A stretch of 58,620 bases of DNA from Limisphaerales bacterium. GTDB lineage: Bacteria > Verrucomicrobiota > Verrucomicrobiia > Limisphaerales > UBA11358. The stretch covers positions 1 through 58,620 of the forward strand of contig PLAY01000182.1 of assembly GCA_003134375.1 (NCBI GenBank). Direction: 5' to 3'. The translations under genes and the position numbers were made by a program. Shown piece by piece: positions 55,374-58,620 of this stretch; the stretch's first letter is position 1; each line of letters opens with the position of its first letter. The notes beneath the pieces were generated by a model. It was not told the origin of the DNA, did not search any database, and saw only the letters and a list, made by a program, of their open reading frames with translations.

Positions 55374-58088
55374 ATGTTTGAACGCGCTCCCAACGGTTTT
55401 TTTGTCCGCAACCTGATTGTCTTCAATCTGCTCCGGCGCGGTGGTTATGTGGCGAAGGGCTTTGTCTTTGAAGCGCCCGACCTCACCAATAGCCAGGTCG
55501 CCGACCTCAACGATTTTCAGGATCAACTCTGTCTCCTGCTCGCCTCGCTTCACGAGAACCAGCGGCTGCAAGTGCAATACTTCTGCGATTCCGATTACAA
55601 GGGGGAATTGCTGCGCTACCAACAGGAGACGGAGAAGTTTTCCAATGTCTGGACCATACGCACCCGCAACGAACGGTTCGCGCGCTACTGGCAGGCCATG
55701 TCCGAACGCAAACTCCGCCGTCAGCGCGTCATTATCTACATCTCGCGCTCGCTGGAAAACGTTCCGAAATCCTTCCAGTCCGCCGCCGCCCGGCGCGACT
55801 ACTACCACACGCTGCTCGACCAGCTTGAAACCGAGTTCGACCACGTCCACCGGCTCTTGCTCGAAATCTTCGGCTCCGGCGGCGCGCGCATCCTGCCGAT
55901 GAATGACCTCGACCATTTCCGGCATTACAAACGGTTTCTCAATCCGTCGCTCAACGACCGTTTCGATTACGACCCGGCGGACGGTTTTGAACCCGAACTT
56001 TCGATTCAGGAAAATTGCTGGCACAGCGAAGGCAACGGCCAGTCCGACTTCGGCTTCTTCCTCGACGGCCATTATCACAGCGTCATCGTGCTCACTCGCT
56101 GGCCGCGCACGACGTATCCCGGCATCATCCAGCGCCTCACCAATCTGCGGTTGCTCGATTATACCGTCACCGTGAATGTTGATCCGCTCCCGATTTCACA
56201 GGAAATCCACAAGGAGGAAAAGGAGCACGACCGCGTGGCCGGCGACTACGCCAGCGAAAAGAAAATCTCCCTGCTCACGGTCATGGAAAAGAAGCAGAAG
56301 AAAATCCACGCGTTGATGCAGGGACAAACAATTCCATTCCGCGCCATGTTCGCCATCCGCGTCTGGGACAAGTCCCGCGACGGTCTCAACGCCAAGTCCG
56401 GGGCCATCAAGAACGCCATCAACTCGATGAACTCGGCGCAATACTTCGAGAGCAACCTGCCCAGCACCTCAAGAAGCCTTTTCTTCCAGACCTGGCCGGG
56501 CTGGACATGGGGACGTTACGAGCATCGCAAACTTTATTCCGAGCACCGTTTCCTGGCGGACATGCTGCCGGTGTCCAGCACCTTCACCGGGCACTTGGCA
56601 ACGGCGGAGGCAATTTACGACGGGCCGCAGGATAATCTCATCGGCATTGAGACGTTCTCCGGTTCGCAGGACAATAAATCTCCACAACACGCGGTTCTGC
56701 TGGGCATGTCGGGGGCGGGGAAATCGGTCACGGTTTGCGACCTGCTTTCGCAAACCGAAGGTTATTTCGGTTACACCGTCATCATCGAAGAAGGTCTGTC
56801 CTACGGCATCTACACCGCGACCGTCGAGGAAGGCGCGCGGCCCATCATCATTCATCCCGACGGCGACCTGACCATCAATTATCTCGACACGAAGGGACTA
56901 CCCCTCACGCCCGACCATTTGTCGGCGGCAACCGCGCTTGTGGCACGGATGATTGGCACCAGCTCGCAGGAAGATAAACAGATGCTACGGCAGGCGCAAA
57001 TCGCCAAGTATCTGAACCTGCTTTACGAGGATTCGTTCCAGGACTGGCAGAAGAAGCGCCACGACCAGTTGCTCGATATCGCCCGGCACGCGATGGCGTT
57101 GCAGAATTTTCGCGCCGAAAAAATGCCGCCCGGCGCGACCACCCTCGAAACTTTTGCGGACTTCCGCGACTGGAAAGCGGCCCACCCGGACGAAGCGGAA
57201 GAATATCAGCGCCAATTCGAGGAACCGGCGGTGTTGAAATTCCTGAAAGACCCCCGGACCAGCAAGGAAGTCCGCAATCTCGCCTTTGCCCATTTTACGC
57301 CGGATGAATTCCCGACGCACCGGATGCTTCAGGAGTTGATGATGCTCGACCCGATGGGCGGCGAACGCGACCAGATCATGGAAATCGCCACGCTGATTCT
57401 GCCGTGGTGTCGCGACGGCAACTACGGCTGCCTGTTCGACGGCACGAGCAATCTTTCGCTCACCGGCAAAATCGCCCACTTCGAGTTGGGCTACATCCCG
57501 GAGTCCGCGAAGGAGCTGAAGGCTGCCGCCGGTTTTCTCATCACCAACCACGCGCGCAAGCACATCATGACGCTGCCGCGCGCGATTCGGAAACGGAACA
57601 TCTACGAGGAGGTCGCCCGCTTCCTCGACATTCCCGGCGGTCAGGAAATCGTCCAGGAATCTTACGCGCAGCTTCGCAAATTCAATTGCTGGAACATTTC
57701 CATCGTGCAGCAGTATGCGCGCTTCAAACAGTCGCGCATCCGCTCCGCCGTGTTTGGAAACAGCCGTCAGTTTTTCATCATGCGCCAGAACGACCGCGCT
57801 GATCTGGATGACATGGGCAAGGACATCGCGCTGCCCGAAGTGACGCAGCACGCCATCATGAACTATCCGCTGCCCGACCACCAAACCGGCCAGAAGTATT
57901 CGCCGTTCACTTACCTGCACACCGACGCGACGCGCAACCTCTGCGGCACGGTCCACAACGTCGCGTCGCCGGAGATGCTCTATTGCAGTTCGTCCAGTGG
58001 CGAACATTTCGACAAACGCGCCCGCGAACTTCGCAAAAGTCCCAACATCGTCGAGGGCATCATCGCCCACGCCAATCCACCCAAATAA
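55374..58088 (+). CDS. virB4: VirB4-family type IV secretion ATPase
   Basis: Walker A GMSGAGKS, Walker B IYEEVARF, QLRKFN..IVQQ; 904 aa. Confidence 0.88.
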   Translation: MFERAPNGFFVRNLIVFNLLRRGGYVAKGFVFEAPDLTNSQVADLNDFQDQLCLLLASLHENQRLQVQYFCDSDYKGELLRYQQETEKFSNVWTIRTRNERFARYWQAMSERKLRRQRVIIYISRSLENVPKSFQSAAARRDYYHTLLDQLETEFDHVHRLLLEIFGSGGARILPMNDLDHFRHYKRFLNPSLNDRFDYDPADGFEPELSIQENCWHSEGNGQSDFGFFLDGHYHSVIVLTRWPRTTYPGIIQRLTNLRLLDYTVTVNVDPLPISQEIHKEEKEHDRVAGDYASEKKISLLTVMEKKQKKIHALMQGQTIPFRAMFAIRVWDKSRDGLNAKSGAIKNAINSMNSAQYFESNLPSTSRSLFFQTWPGWTWGRYEHRKLYSEHRFLADMLPVSSTFTGHLATAEAIYDGPQDNLIGIETFSGSQDNKSPQHAVLLGMSGAGKSVTVCDLLSQTEGYFGYTVIIEEGLSYGIYTATVEEGARPIIIHPDGDLTINYLDTKGLPLTPDHLSAATALVARMIGTSSQEDKQMLRQAQIAKYLNLLYEDSFQDWQKKRHDQLLDIARHAMALQNFRAEKMPPGATTLETFADFRDWKAAHPDEAEEYQRQFEEPAVLKFLKDPRTSKEVRNLAFAHFTPDEFPTHRMLQELMMLDPMGGERDQIMEIATLILPWCRDGNYGCLFDGTSNLSLTGKIAHFELGYIPESAKELKAAAGFLITNHARKHIMTLPRAIRKRNIYEEVARFLDIPGGQEIVQESYAQLRKFNCWNISIVQQYARFKQSRIRSAVFGNSRQFFIMRQNDRADLDDMGKDIALPEVTQHAIMNYPLPDHQTGQKYSPFTYLHTDATRNLCGTVHNVASPEMLYCSSSSGEHFDKRARELRKSPNIVEGIIAHANPPK

Positions 58089-58106
58089 ACCAAAATCAAA
58101 ACGCTC

Positions 58107-58526
58107 ATGAAAAAATTATACATTCAATTCATCCTTCTTGCCTGTGTCGTGTGCCTGTTCACGGGCTGCGCCGCTGTCACCCGACCCGTCACTGATGTGG
58201 CATTAGGGGCAGGCGGCGCGGCTCTCGGCGGCGAACTTTCCCACAACAATCCGATGGCCATCGCGGGCGGTGCGGCGGGCGGGGTCCTGCTTGGCGAAGG
58301 ACTTCACTACGCCAACAGCAAGCAGAACGACAAGTCCTACCAGACCGGCTACGACAAGGGCCGTAGCGATGCCGTGAAACAGCAATACTGGCTTTACGTC
58401 TCCATGCAGCAGGCCAGGGCCGGTAATGAAGGCCGGGTCCGGCTTTATGAAGTGCATCTGCCGGAGCAGACCATTGACGGCGTGATTTTCAAACCCACAA
58501 CCCAATTTCTCCGCATCGAACAATAA
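58107..58526 (+). CDS. Conjugation-operon lipoprotein with glycine-zipper region
   Basis: Lipobox FTGC; GAGGAALGG...GGAAGG. Confidence 0.7.
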   Translation: MKKLYIQFILLACVVCLFTGCAAVTRPVTDVALGAGGAALGGELSHNNPMAIAGGAAGGVLLGEGLHYANSKQNDKSYQTGYDKGRSDAVKQQYWLYVSMQQARAGNEGRVRLYEVHLPEQTIDGVIFKPTTQFLRIEQ

Positions 58527-58553
58527 ACAAACAACAACAGTGAAAGGAAAAAT

Positions 58554-58620
58554 ATGAAAAAACTAATCGTAGCAGCCCTCATCGCCCTGCCGCTGGCATT
58601 CTCCGCCCGCGCGCAGTGGA
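58554..58620 (+). CDS. 5' end of an exported protein, likely VirB5/TrbJ-like (truncated by the window)
   Basis: GAAAGGA RBS; MKKLIVAALIALPLAFSARAQW signal peptide. Confidence 0.5.
   Translation, partial: MKKLIVAALIALPLAFSARAQW

Larger units (their letters stand above)
1..58620. mobile_element. Segment of a conjugative element (ICE or plasmid) with a large defence island between the coupling-protein gene and the mating-pair operon
   Basis: VirD4-like T4CP and traKLM/stb-like genes at the left; pilin, VirB3-like and VirB4 genes at the right. Element ends, integrase and relaxase are not in the window. Confidence 0.8.

Overview
This window is part of a conjugative element (ICE or plasmid); the gene style suggests a Verrucomicrobia-like host, which is inference only. 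The left end carries a repeat-rich putative oriT region, a traKLM/stbABC-like operon and a VirD4-like coupling protein. The right end carries a ClpB-D2-only ATPase and the start of a mating-pair operon (VirB2-like pilin, VirB3-like protein, VirB4, lipoprotein, VirB5/TrbJ-like start). Between them lies a ~48 kb anti-phage defence island containing: an Avs/NACHT-like STAND protein; a DUF499-DUF1156-SNF2 (BREX-related) system with an inserted HEPN gene; Pycsar (PycTIR + PycC); a PLD gene pair; Nmad2/Nmad3; an Abi-UvrD cluster inside a deleted type I RM locus; an AbiEi-Hsp70/TPR-SF1-SNF2-actin-like ATPase operon; a ubiquitin-like (Bub-type) operon with CapH/CapP-like regulators; a TM0106 nuclease; and Gabija. 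Three unannotated signals stand out. (1) Five same-orientation copies of a ~240 bp covarying double-hairpin repeat sit at the borders between defence modules. (2) A ~137 nt GNRA-rich structured RNA with its own terminator lies head-to-head with the HEPN gene. (3) Three hsdR 5'-end scars separate cargo genes in the RM remnant. No integrase, relaxase, tRNA, rRNA or CRISPR array is visible. All family calls rest on motif recognition, not database searches.
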